Shown: in pieces, positions 1-13,199 of the stretch
Layout: every line of letters starts with the position of its first letter
How positions within the stretch are numbered: position 1 is the stretch's first letter
NCBI GenBank assembly: GCA_003614675.1
Contig: ML002237.1
Coordinates: 1 to 62,278 of the forward strand
DNA from: Dimargaris cristalligena
Lineage: Eukaryota
DNA length: 62,278 nt
Reading direction: 5' to 3'
Notes under the pieces: generated by a model
Seen by the model: the letters and a program-made list of their open reading frames with translations, nothing else
Databases searched by the model: none
Told to the model about the DNA's origin: nothing
Made by a program: the position numbers and the translations under genes

Positions 1-3000
1 ACCCCAAGGATCACCCAAGTAAACCACTGTTTCCCAATAATTGCTGCTCATCTTGCCAATGCATATGGAAAAGTGAATCAATTAGGCCAATCCAACATTG
101 TATTATTGGATTTCTAAAGTTCCAGTTAACCTATTGATGAGGTAACCAGCGTAACGCACCCCTCCAGACCTGGTTTGGTCAATCTATAGAACGGGCGGGT
201 AAACAATTACGGATAAATTAAGTGCAACCCCAATAAGATACCCAACCTCAGAAGTAGAGCAGCGCAAGGGGAAGATCCTATCTTACATGGGAATCGGTGA
301 TGGTGGCGGCCCATATACCCGAATCAAGCAATGGCACATCCCTAGAGTTGAACCATCGGGATATCTTCCCTGAAGGTGGCCGCTCTATTATTAATTCTGG
401 TGAAGGAATGCTGATTGCCCAAACTGAACTGACGGGTACTGCCATGATTAAAATGAACGCTATGGACATGTAAGTGAAATGAGTATGGATTCAATAGTCG
501 GAATAAGCAGAAGTTGAAGGTGATCAATATGCTACCGAAAGGCAATCTAACACGATTTGCGCCCCCCCCCCCCTCATCCCACACACTGACACCCGTATAA
601 TTAAATGAGGTGATATCCAGATTCAGTATGGAAATATATGGCCTACAATTGTACAGACTAAACAGCGACTGGATGGAGGACTTTTGAAACACCGTACGGA
701 GGACTAGCCCCATCTTTCCTCGATCTAATAATGGATAAACACCCGTATAATACATAACCACTGTCCTATATTTAGAGGCAGAGTTGATAGTGCGGGCGGA
801 TGGTAGTTTACATTACACGAGCAGCATAGGGATAGCCCCATTGAGACATCAGATCCAATATAGCACCGGCGCCATGCGGGAGAGCTCTATGAAAGGGCAT
901 TGCTTAGATGCTGAGCCCGAAGTTTAGCGCGGCTGGGCAAGGTAATCGCCCGTTGTTTGAACGTGGTTAGACTAACTTTACTCAGCGCCTTTCTTACACT
1001 GTGGTCCGGAGGCCCACTACCATCAACGCCGCCTTCTTTTAGACATTCTTCCACCGACCAACCGTGAAACCCACCCCCTTTACACATGAACGCCCACTTC
1101 TAACAGCTTTTTCCCATATCCATAGACCTGTCATGGGCCCAGGGTACTTCACCAAGGGAATCCAGAATGGTGTGTATAGGTGAGTGTGAATGGATGGATG
1201 TCAGGACCCTTCCCCACCCGCCGGTCATCTACCCTCGACTGGCGGTAAGTTATTATTGGGGAAGGAGAAGGGGGGAGGGGGTATTACGCTGTACTTGTCA
1301 GGTAAATCCTATTTTCCGCCCATTGCCTTTTTCGGTCCGCAAGGCGTCAAAAGTATACACACAACGCTGTACTCTCGTTGATTAGTGTAACGTTCAGTGG
1401 AGTGTTCCAAGCCCTACTTGAACTCTACCCAACTCTTCATCCACTAACTAAAATTACCTGATGATATTGATCTAAATCGATCATTGGTGGTTTCGAATGA
1501 CTATATACCTTACCAATCTGTTTTTGCGAGGGTCAAGAAATTGGTCGGGAAAGAGTTTGCCATTTGCTACATGGGAAAGCGTTCCTTAATTGGAGTCCGA
1601 AGATAGGCGACCTATTGGAGGGAAGGCGGAGAGCAGATTAGAGTACTGCGGCCCACAAGGTTCTGCTTAATCAGGGTGATCGACTAAACCCAGTGGACTT
1701 TTTTGACCAACGGGCGATCGGGACAGAGGCCTAACATATATGCCAATGGGCTTACAGCCGAACCGCTGGCGACTACCGAAAGCAGTATACATAATATCAC
1801 AAATAGTAGCAAGATGGACCAAGGGGGCAGTGGTCCCTTCAGTACCATTTCCCCAGTCAATCCGACAGCTCATCCACTCATGGCTAACTGGTATAGTGGA
1901 TGGGTCCGTGTTTATTACAGTAGGTGTGCTCTAACACCACCCCACCCCGCAGTGAGCCCCCTCGGGATAATATAGTACATACTGAGGGAGGTGACTTTGA
2001 AGGCCCGTCTATAGTTTTATCAGGTTATACCACACTCTAACTGCGCTGACTGTGAAGTAGACTACTCGTCGGGCTCCGTTGGCGTCTATTTTATTGATCG
2101 GTGACTCGACAGTGGTCCAGTGTAGCCGGCCTAGTGAACCCTAAATGAGCGATCACTCCCGCAATTTACCATCTCCACTCCGCCCCCGGCCGCCCATTGA
2201 AGGGTAGTAGAGCCGCTGTTAGATACACCTAAGCCCAATCTGGAATATTAAACGACTGTCCCTCCCTCACCCCGCTCCTTCGTTCACTCGTCTATACACC
2301 CTTAACAGGTGGACTGCCTAACCACCTATTGTGCCGAAACCGATCAGCAGGGCAAGGATGAGTGTACGTTTAGTAATTTGGCATGCCAAATATTAAATAA
2401 AAAAAGGAATAAAAATGGGATCGCCCTGATATCGTGTATGGAGCAGTTTGGAAGCGAAATGGCATTGGCATTGGGAAATGGGGAATAACCTGGCACCAGC
2501 GCCCAGTGGATACTACCCAGGAATACAGGTGTGGTCTTCGGCCTGGGAACTTAGAACCAATAGGGTTATAGCGACCCCGTTTTATCACATCTGAGTAGCG
2601 GGACAGGCTCGGGGTGTGTGACCCCAAGAACCAACCCTCTGCTTCGTGGTGGTGGGCTGACGCTACCAGTTAATAGCACCACTATGCCCCACCGCATTAT
2701 AAGTTCCTGGGCATCCAATGTATTGCACCCCCCCCCCCAACGACCAGCTGCTGATATGCCAATTACACTTGTCATACGGTTTCCAGCCTATAAATAATTT
2801 TTGGAGTTGGCTTAAAGGATATCCAGAACAAAACCTAGCCTTTATTCCCATAAAGGGGTTGGATGAGAAGACAGGGACCATTAATCTAAAATAGGGTGAA
2901 GGTAACAAGGGGGAAAAACAAGATACCCTAGAGTAACGCAAAAATGGGGATACGAAGGTAGAGTAGCCGCCCCCACATTCAATGCGCTCCGGATTAACCG

Positions 3001-6000
3001 AGCTACGACACAACTAATATATTAGGTTGGTATAATAAGTCATTGAACACTGGATCGTTGGATCGTCCCAGTGAACAGAAAGGCATTCAAACCAGGTTTT
3101 ATTCTCGATAGAAATGGGATGGGGAGCCTGAAGTCATGACCATAGCCAAGTTACCAATGGGCTCAGATCAATTAGGAGGGCGTGTGGGGAGGGGGCAGGG
3201 CGGGGGAAGAGGGGGGGTCGCGTGCATTAAAGTGAAGTACATTACAACAATCGGAGTGGGGGGGATAAACCATACCTCCACGCGCGAGGCTAGCCTAGTA
3301 TTCGAGAACAACCTAATTCATCGTCACCGCTTTTTACCAGTACAGCGCACCGTGTCCAGTGCGAGATTCTGTAAATAATCGACAAGACTAACATGATAGT
3401 CACGTCGCATCGTAGTCGATGACGAACCCTGGTTTTTCACGCATGGAAGGTATTAACTAATGGACCGAGAACATGGTCGGTGATTGTCGAGAGAATGGTC
3501 CATCATAAAGAATTGACAGTGGCCATTGCGGGGGGAGGGAGTCAATTAGAGAACAGCGGTCGCTAAGCTTCGACAGGTTTTTACATGGCGGCCCTGCGTA
3601 AGCCATTGGCTTGAGCTCATCAATTTACATTTAGGACCTCCGCAATGATCGTCCCTCTACTAAATTTTCCACCGATTTAGTGCCATCTATTAATCATTTT
3701 TCGTATTTCATGATTCATAGTGGCTTTAACATAAATTATAGGGCTACTTTCAGGGGGAAATTGAACAGTGAAATATCGAGTGGCCTTCCCATGCCCCCCG
3801 CTCGAGAAGTAGTTCGGCTACTCCAATCCGGTCTAATGACGGCTCCTCACCCATAAATATTTCCTTAACCATGTCTGGTGGATTGGCCGGTGATTAGGGC
3901 ACGGATCATGACCCATCCAAGAAGAAAATATATCTAAAAACGATCCGAATATAATCTAAGGGAAAATGGACGAGTGGACCAGGGGTGGGGGAGGGGGAAA
4001 GGAGGTGGACGAAGGGGAGAATGGATGAATTCTCCCCGAAACTGTCGGAAGCTGGTTAATGGCGTCACGGGATCGACTTGAGAAGCACGCTTCAGGTCGA
4101 AAACGGTACTTATGTAAAGCTCAATCCATTTGGCCCCAAGGGAGAGAGAGAGATGGTTATCATTCAAGATCGTAGGGGTGGTTAATGAGCAGGAGAAGGA
4201 TCGGCCCCGCATAGGAGAAGTTCCTGAAGCATCCCGTTGAGAAACTTAGCCAAGGGGAAGAGTGGGAAAGGAGGTTTAAAAGGAGAACTGCGTCAATGAT
4301 ACTCAGGAGGCAAAGAAAGCAATGGCGAGGGAGAGAGAGCTAGAAGACACGCCAGCAAGGTGCCCCTCCCCCCACTAACCACCAACAAAGTGGGAGGATA
4401 GCCCAGGAGAAATGGCAGACTGTGTGAGGAGGAGGTGGGGGAGGCTGGTCTGGAATCGAGAGTACACTTAATCAGCTCATCAACCCCAGGATTACTGCCC
4501 TTGGACCCCCCCCTTCCGTTAGTGGATATTCCCGCCGGTAGGCTCGCAAATGAAGCCGAGTGAGAATTGGAGGATTAAGTGCGGGCCAAGATAATAAAAT
4601 AAAGGGATCAGGGAGATGCGATCGACCGTGGCTTGGCCCGCAATTAGACCAATTATATTGATTCCTTCCTAAAACAAGAAAACCAACCCACACATGGCGG
4701 TGGGGGGAGTTGACCTGTTTTTAATAGATGATATTCACTCGACTCAGTAGGCCTACTTTGCAGAGCAAGTTGGCTGAACAGTAGAATGCATTGGGTGGTT
4801 AAAGGAGGCAAAATGGAGGTAGAGAGAGAGAAAGAAGATAAGGGGAGGGGAGGGAGGCAGTGTCCTATGGCGGAAAATGGGGGGAAGTTGGCGGGATGAG
4901 CCGACCGACCAACCGGTTGGCCGGAAAAACTGGCTTATTCATAAAATAGTAGGGCGGCTGGCTATACGATGCGTTTCTCCGAACACAATGCGGAAAATAG
5001 CCATCCCAACAGCTAGCTTAATGTCATTGGATAGGCAAATGAGGATAACTCCACCCCATTCCCCCTATTGGTCTTTGGCAAATCCCCGAAGATTCGGCTC
5101 CCCACCACCACGAATAGCCGCCTTTTTTCGCTCTTCGGCGAGCCCGAGCCACCGCTTTTGGGTCACCGAAGCCCGGGACATTCCTACAGCTGCGGGGCCA
5201 CGGAAAACCAATGAATTGGCCCCCCAGGCCCTTCGTGGGGCCCAATACGAATACCACATATAATTATAGCACGGATTGGGAGACCTGAGGAATAAAATAA
5301 TGGACCGGTGCCACGTCAACCATGCCGACCCAAGGAAGAAGGGGGGAGAAGAGAGAGAGAGGGCTAACTAGGAGAGATGTGTATGTGACTGTGTGAGGAG
5401 AGGAGGGGGGAGAATCGGAGGAGAGGAAAAGGAAGGAGGGGGGAGTGGGATAGGAACGGGGAGAAGCGGGCAGCGATTTAACCCAAGACCATGTAGGGAT
5501 AAAACTAATCGCTGTGCAGGGTAGTCTCAACAGCAGCAAAACCTGAAGACTGGAACTCACCCTCGCTGCCTCTCTGTCCGCCTCCCTCTTTATTTCTCAG
5601 ATATGGAGGGGGGAATGACATCGCTCTGCGCATTGCACAGCTAAGCAAGGGGGCACTCCTCTATTGATTTTCTTGGGTCAGTACCTGACTTCTTTCACTT
5701 CCTTTCCCTAACGGATAGGTGTAAGGCCAACTGCGTCCATATCAATACGGGCTGCTGAATGGTGCTGCATACTGCAACGCGCCATGTGCAACACTAGTAA
5801 GGTACAAATAACCAGGAGGGGAAGTTGTGAAATGTGGGCAGTGTTTGATGAACGATGAGTAGATGCAGGCGTGGTTGTGAATTCGTTCGACCGAATAGGA
5901 GGGCCAACGAGGGTATATCTATGGTTATAAATGGGGAATAGGGTGGGGAAATAAGGAGCTGTCCTTCTCCTCCTCCTCCTCCGGTCGCTCCTACGCCAAC

Positions 6001-8068
6001 TAGCGGGTAAATGATGGGAGAGGGCAAGGGGGGAGATGAATACGACTGTCTTCCTGGGGACATGATTTTTGACGAGCCCTGTCCAAATGAATTGAATTTG
6101 AACGGGTGAAGAGGGGTAAGATTAAACACCGAATCGCAAGGGCAAGGGGGGAGAGCATCGCCATGCACGTGCTAACTGGTTAGTTGTTCTTGAGGGTGTG
6201 TATCGCGGTTCCAAGGGATTCGATAATAAGATCCCAGAGAAAACGCGAGGGTAAGGAATGCAGGAGGAGGTGGAGGATGAGATGGCTCCATACAGTATTA
6301 GGGTAAAAATAGGAGAAGGCAACAGTCCTCGATTACCAACGAAGGCTACTGTGGTTTTTTGACAAGTAATAACCGATGCGGCACATTAACTAGCTGCCCT
6401 ACCGAGTAGTAACCGGTTCGTATTTGCGCGACTGAGGAGCCTACTCCCCCCCCCCCACACACACACAATCCCCAACTTGGCTTCTCCCCCTCCCCTCCCT
6501 CCTCCTTTGGTTCTACCTGGCTTCACCCTCCCCCATTATGAGTTGGTGTACACCGGTGGTCCAGAGTTCCCCAAAAACTGGTATACTGCTAAAGGATTAT
6601 CCTGTGTTTGAGATGAGGATTGCCCCGACCGGCTCAATGCGTCGGAGTGAAGGGGATCAAAGCCCCCCTCCTCTACTCAGAGCCATCGGATAGATAGAAT
6701 AACAATAATAGTAAGAATAGTCGAAAAATAATAATAATAACCAAAATAACAATACTAGAGTACGGGCCAACTCTACGGACCCCGGAGAGTGGAGGGGCGG
6801 GCTTATACACAGAGAACATCGCTAGATAAATAAGGGTTTGGATTGACGCCAAAATTGGGCAAGGCTGGTCTAAATTTATGGCGAAAAACCCCGCCATACT
6901 TCATGGCACCCAAGTATACGTCGTTTTCCGGTTCCCACTCCCGTTGGTCGCCCTCAATTTTAATATACAGCCATTGCCGACGTATTCTTTATTCAATATA
7001 TACCGTGATATTTTAATGAACCCTGAATTAGCCCTGGTGAGGAGGATATTCCCTATACTTCGCCTTGTTTCCATCTCTGGGCATTGGGAAGACCTTATTG
7101 AGAACACCCAACAATCAACGGGATCCCAGCGGCGGCATCAGCAGGAGGAGGATGAAGAGGGGGATGAAGAGGGGGAATGGAAAAAATCCGCCGTAGCCCT
7201 CCTCCACATATCTCTTTTGGGACCGGGTGATGGGCGCGCGAGTGACCGATGCTCATCGACCGAAACCATAACGGAAGACAATTATCGTGTATTTATATAT
7301 ACACATATATATAAATGGATAATGGGTTGGGGTTAGAGAGAAGTATTTATCATTCGCCTCAACGATCCGAATACCTTACAAAGAAAAATGCATGGACGTT
7401 TGCCAAAGACGATGTACTTAAGCATGGGTTTAGAGAACCACCTGTAAACATCAAATAATGGGATTTTGGGTATTCCGAATGGATGAACGGGCCATGAAAG
7501 AACCTCTCCCACCTCCCATCCCCCATTGATTAGCCCCAAGCCGCACGCGCACCTGTGCACATCGGCTAGTGGAGTGTGCGCAAGGAAGGAACGAAACGAC
7601 CTAAATCAGGTAGTAGAATCGGAGCGAGGGACCGGCGCCTCCCCCCTCGAGCATTCGGCCTGCGCCATGGGCCTATATGGTCCGCCCCTCTCTTCAGGTA
7701 TATCCGAAGGTCGGTTGGCTTTAATCGGTGGCTCGGATAGGTCTAATAGGAGGGGAAGGTGGAGGTGGTGGTGGGGGCGGTTCGGAATAGGATTCATCGA
7801 ACCCCAGTCAATGATGGGCCAAATTGCCCTTCTAAATGTCAGTAGTACCTATATAACCCCTTCGGTGGTAGTCAAGTGGGCGGAAGGAATTCATGTAGGC
7901 GAGGGGGGGGGTGGTCAGTGGGGTGAAAAGCACTCCTCCGCTTCGCACCGACATTGTATACTTGATTAAACCAGGCATCTGGGCGAATGGCCTATAGGTA
8001 GGCCGGAGGGATGATGGGCGGGTGACAATAACCATGCAAACAGTCGATACTAAGATTAGGTGATTTTA

Positions 8069-8159
8069 TGTGTGTGTGTGTGTGTGTGTGTGTATGAGGG
8101 AGGGGGAGGGGGAGGGGAGGATTCTGGGGGGGGGGGGGGAAATTGGGGGGGGGGGGAGG
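8069..8159 (+). repeat. (TG)n microsatellite followed by poly-G tracts
   Basis: (TG) about x12, then GGGAGGGGGAGGGGGAGGGGAGG and two runs of more than 10 G. Confidence 0.85.
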
Positions 8160-8980
8160 TTTAGTTTTTTCGGGTTAGATTTTCGGGGAGTACACAGCTG
8201 TAAAGTGTGTCATATCCCTCACCCCTTCCCTTCCTTTTAATCCCTTCCCACCAACCCTTTTCCCTGACTTGGGGGAGGGCGCTTCCTTTGAAAAAATTCT
8301 CACTTTCATTTAGGCCGCAGATGACTATATCGGCATGATTAGTATTAGTGCTATTATTATTAATAATGGCATTGCGATAACCTCCGCTGGTTAATTAACG
8401 GGTATGTAACTGGCCTCTGCACTTGGCGGGGGTGATTATGATGCCCCGGCATTATTTAGCCCCTCCCCCCTTTTTTCCCACTCATCCATTCTCTCCGCTA
8501 CCCTATTTTGCTCATACTAATGGGCACCACCCTCATCTTACGCGCACCCCTTGGGCCCGACCGAGTGACACAAACGTGCCCCGCACCTCCATAACCAAGA
8601 GAGGCAAGGTGGAAAATGAGGGAAAATAGGGAGAGCGGGATAGGGGAGAATGGAGTAAAAAAACCAATAACCGTAAGGAGGGAGAGGGGGAGAGAAAGGA
8701 AAAGCGCGACAAAGGGCCCGGGTGGTATCAGTGAACATAGGACAAGAGGGATAGAGAGGGACCCGGGGTCCCATTTTGAGGTACGCCGCTACCTCTCTTC
8801 CGAATTGACGTGTGTAGGGCACTGTTATACATACACAGGCATGTACATCTTTATACAGGCCCTACTACCCGTAGTGAGGGAGGGAGGCCACCCCCCACCC
8901 TCACACACCACCCCTCCTCTTCACTCTCCCTAGTTTAAGCAAGCTGCCTCCGCCAAGTAGGACGAGGGGTTTTCATTTTC

Positions 8981-8988
8981 TATATAAA
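8981..8988 (+). promoter_or_regulatory. Probable TATA box of the GATA factor gene
   Basis: TATATAAA followed by a pyrimidine-rich leader with no ATG from 9016 to 9642. Confidence 0.6.
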
Positions 8989-9642
8989 CCACCGGCCCGG
9001 CCCGTCTATTCCATGGTCTGTACTTTTTCGCTTCATATCTAGGTTGCACTTGCTCATCTTAAAACAGCTTGACTGTGCGTTGCTCGCCATTTTTTTATAA
9101 CCATTTCTAAATTTATAAAGCCCTTGCTTCTTTCTCACTCACTCACTCTATCCCTGACTCTCTCTTTCTATTTTAATTGTCTGTCGTCCCTACCGTTAAT
9201 TTATTACCGAACTTTACAAGTCAACTGCTCCGTGTGACATCCCCCACACACCATCTCCACTAGTCTTCGTCTCCCGCTGGCTGGTCTCATTGACCAACCC
9301 ATTTGCGGATTCCATAGTGTGCGAGCCCCTGCTCGATCTACCTGTTCCGTCCTCTCTATATCACCGCCCATTTGTCTGTGTGTGTGTGTGTGTGACTCCT
9401 TCACCCAACTCGCATCTGACCTGCACAGTGCTGCTGCTACTGTCAAGCATTGGGCTATTTCCTCTGTTATTCACTCCCACATCCACCGACACGGTTTATT
9501 GGATTCAGATTCTCAATCTCCCTCTCCACTTCGAGTTAATAATCCCCGTGCTTTTTTACATTTCGCGTCCAATCAACACCAGTGTTGGCTAAATTTACCT
9601 TGGTAGTATAGCCCGAAACCATATATCTCTCCATTGTTTACC

Positions 9643-10671
9643 ATGGCCACCCAATACATGCCGATGCCCCGAATCTCGCCCCCGGCCCGGGCACCCGTGG
9701 CCCTGCCTAGCATCAAGGAACTAAGCCAGCGCGGCATTCTGCCTCCGCTTGCGACGACCACCCTGGCCCATGCATCAACAACCCCACTACCATCATCATC
9801 AACATCATCATCCCCCCAAACCTACTCGCTTCCTTCGGGTTCGCGCCCGGCTTGGTCTGCCTCCTCCCCTTCGTCATCGCCCTTATCCCGTTCATCCCCG
9901 ACGTCGCCCCAGCCCTGTTACGGCCTGTATACCCCCCCTACCTCGCCCCCGGCGACCGTGGCGCTGGGCGGTGGTCCCGCCCGCCCGGTGCACCATGCGC
10001 ACAGCCAGTCCCACCCCCATTTATCCCTGGGGCGCCGCCAATCTGCCTGGCCCTACCCCCTCCCTCAGCCCCGCCAGCACCAGCACCCGCACCCACATCA
10101 GCACCAACAGCTGCCCCTGAATCACGTTTCGGGCCTGGTGGATTCGACCGCAGTCCTTAGATACGGCCCTCCCCCCGCCGTGGCCATGAATGCCGCTTCC
10201 ACCGCCACCGCTGGCACTACCCCTTACTGGCATCATCGGAAGATGGCCCTCCCCACGACGACGACGGGTCCTATGATGGTCGGTGTTGGTTGTGGCCCGA
10301 CCGGGCCCTCGCCCCGGGCCACGGCGGCTCACCTGATGCGCAAATGCACTCACTGTCAGACCACCACCACCCGGGCCTGGCGCCCCGGCCCAAAGGGCAG
10401 TGCCACCTTGTGCGATCGCTGTGGTAAGAAGTACAAGCGCAAACTGGCGCACTATGGCCGGTCCGCCAGTCCGGTGGCTGACAGTCCCCCCTCCACCCGC
10501 AGTTGCCACGGCCCGCATTCTTCCCCCGTTTCCGCCCATTGTACCAGCAACATCAGCAGCAGCCCCGAGTTTTCCTCCGTCTCTTCCTTGGCCAGTGACG
10601 ACCACTCCCCGCCCCCATCTGAGCCCACCTCGACACACCACCACCAGCTTTTCCTCCAACTTCTCAACTAA
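9643..10671 (+). CDS. GATA-type zinc-finger transcription factor (C-x2-C-x18-C-x2-C), intronless
   Basis: ATG in ACCATGG context at 9643; the ORF-track start at 9634 is a TTG. Contains CTHCQTTTTRAWRPGPKGSATLCDRCGKKYKRK, an N-terminal LPSIKEL motif and Pro/Ser/His-rich low-complexity flanks. Codon usage is GC3-rich. Confidence 0.9.
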   Translation: MATQYMPMPRISPPARAPVALPSIKELSQRGILPPLATTTLAHASTTPLPSSSTSSSPQTYSLPSGSRPAWSASSPSSSPLSRSSPTSPQPCYGLYTPPTSPPATVALGGGPARPVHHAHSQSHPHLSLGRRQSAWPYPLPQPRQHQHPHPHQHQQLPLNHVSGLVDSTAVLRYGPPPAVAMNAASTATAGTTPYWHHRKMALPTTTTGPMMVGVGCGPTGPSPRATAAHLMRKCTHCQTTTTRAWRPGPKGSATLCDRCGKKYKRKLAHYGRSASPVADSPPSTRSCHGPHSSPVSAHCTSNISSSPEFSSVSSLASDDHSPPPSEPTSTHHHQLFLQLLN

Positions 10672-13199
10672 AGCGCCCCCTACTACTGTTCTCTCTCTAT
10701 CTTCTTCGCCGCCCCTCATCTCATAACCGTGTTACTCTGCTCCAACTACTCCCTCCTATATCCTTGCCCCTCCCTCCCCCCCCTACACTTTAATTTCAAT
10801 CGACCTCGACCGCCTTTTCTTCAACGTGGACCCCTTTTTCTTTGGAGGCCCGATACTACGGCTCCTCTCTAATCCTCTCTATAGACTGTCATATTAGGGC
10901 CACGTCTAATGCCCTGTGTACTTTTAATATCGAAACTCTATAATAATAGATTTATTTTTTCCCCTTTTGTTCTGGAGACCCTTGCTACACTATTATTTTC
11001 GCTCCATATATTAATTACATTGCCATATCACGCGTGCGCGACCTTCGACTCCATATTTTTCCCTTTTGCCTGTATACACACACACACACCTACTATAATA
11101 CCCCCCTACTTTTATAGTCCCCTCGCAAGTGTAAAAGTGGAAGAGACCCTCTCCCACTGGTTATTTTATACCCACCCACCCCCGCTCTCTGCTACTTACT
11201 ACCCTATTGATAGATTATGTACATCTATTACTGCTTCCTCCTCTTTACTTCTTCCCCCAGCCACTCCATTAGACACGCCTATAATCGCACATAATAATTG
11301 CTTAGAAACAAAAAAATTACCTACTCCTTCTCCCCCCCTTCAACCCATGTACTACGACCAATAAATCCCCCATCACACTTTACACCGAGACCACCCTTCT
11401 TTAGTGACATAATCATTCGAGTGAGCAAGCCTCCGAATCCCGAGCGGTGACCATTTTTTTTGAATTCACTCATACCCCCCCCCTTCCCCCACACTAGTTT
11501 AGTCTACTACCCGCGCCATCGCATAACCATTCAATAGGTCGAGAATAGAGCACCCCTCATCCGTTCGGGATTCCAGTCGTTATCACTATGAGAGAGTTGC
11601 CACCGCCTCCACAATGCGGACCCGACTGCTCAATTAAGCGCCCACTCACCGCACCCGGATTTATCTTTCGACAACTATACTGTGTATCTTGGTCGATTGA
11701 TGACATTGATCGCCGGGCGATGCCTAGAGTACTCTCCCCCCTCACTTCTTCGTGTTCCTTATTATATACACCCCGCCCCTCCTAATATCGAATACCATAC
11801 TCTATATAACACCTTATTTGGGGAGGGGGAAGTACATCCTATACCCGCCTTTGCTTCTTCCTTGCTTCTGCGAGAGAGTTGAACAGCTGACTGGGAGAGT
11901 GTATGCCTCACTGAATGACCCAACACGCCCTGATTACAGTCGACTGGGCCACAGTGGGTGTGGGTGTGGGTGTGTGGCATGATCGAATCTAAAAAAAGGA
12001 CTGGTTCCGGTGTGTATGTATGTATGTGGGTGAGTGTGTGTGCTCGACTATGTGGAGGGGCCGGGGTTTCTGGGGATTGGGTTAGCCACATTAGTTCCTC
12101 GGCTGGATACTGGAATCCCTAAAATGAAGTGTACGGATTATTAGCTAAGCGATTCGCTTTTTTAATACAACCTCCTCCCACACATACCCCTTATCCCTCT
12201 ATCATTATTACGTATTTACGTTATTCTTCAAAAAGCGAGAATGGTTTGGGTAATTGCTCCGACGGGTGTATGAAGCGACCTCATAGGGTGAAGCGGGGTG
12301 GATCAGTAGATGAGGCTATTTCCAGAGAGATCACCCACCAGCTATGACCACCATCACTTCAAAGAATTTCATGCTAGTACTATTATTATTTAAAAAGGCA
12401 TCAACCCCACTCATTACACGACCAGGCTTAACCATCCCCATGTGCTCATGTCAAAACATGAGTAGCACGGTTCAGTATGCTGAGTTACACCAAGAACCGC
12501 CAAGGTTACCCCAAACGACCATTTCCCCATACCGGCACTCCCTATTCAATACAGGTCTTCTCTAACGGGACCCTCCGCGCCCGCACGCATCGGGCGTGTG
12601 GCACTTTTGAATGGAGCATAAAACGGTAAATGGATATAGAAGGGGTAGGACAAGTAATGCACCGGGGCGGCGCTTGACACCTCTTTCCCCTCCCCTTTTC
12701 TCTCCCTTGTTCCATTCTACTCCACCCCCCTCTCTGACCTTTCCTTCCACAGGACTATCCGCAATGAATGTATGAGTGGTGGTGCTACATACCTATGGCC
12801 TCCGTATACTATACTCCCATTGCCCACTGAACTGGCGGTAGGCCACCAGTCAGGTTGGTGTACCCACCCAATGGGTAGCCATAAAGGGGGTATGGGAATG
12901 AAGAGAGTGAAATGTCCCAGGGGAGGGGAGGAGGTAACTGGTCATCTACTTTTTAAAAATACGCAGCGGGCGGTGGGCTAAGCGTGACGAGTGAATCGGT
13001 TGAATAAAAAGGGGAGGGAAGTGAAAGGTCATTAGGGTAAAAAAGGTGCAATAACGCCAGATTCGGGATAATAGGGGAGGGGGGGGAGAGCTGTGACCGA
13101 CGGCTAGTCACCCCACTGACCGGCTTGTTCTCGCATAGACGATGCAGTACCATGTACCATGACATCGACCCGCCCTGCACTAGCGACCCCATGGCGACC

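Noticed and set aside
6878-7336. 152-aa ATG-initiated ORF with an acidic stretch
   Set aside because: No domain. The acidic run derives from a purine repeat, and codon usage is unlike the real genes.
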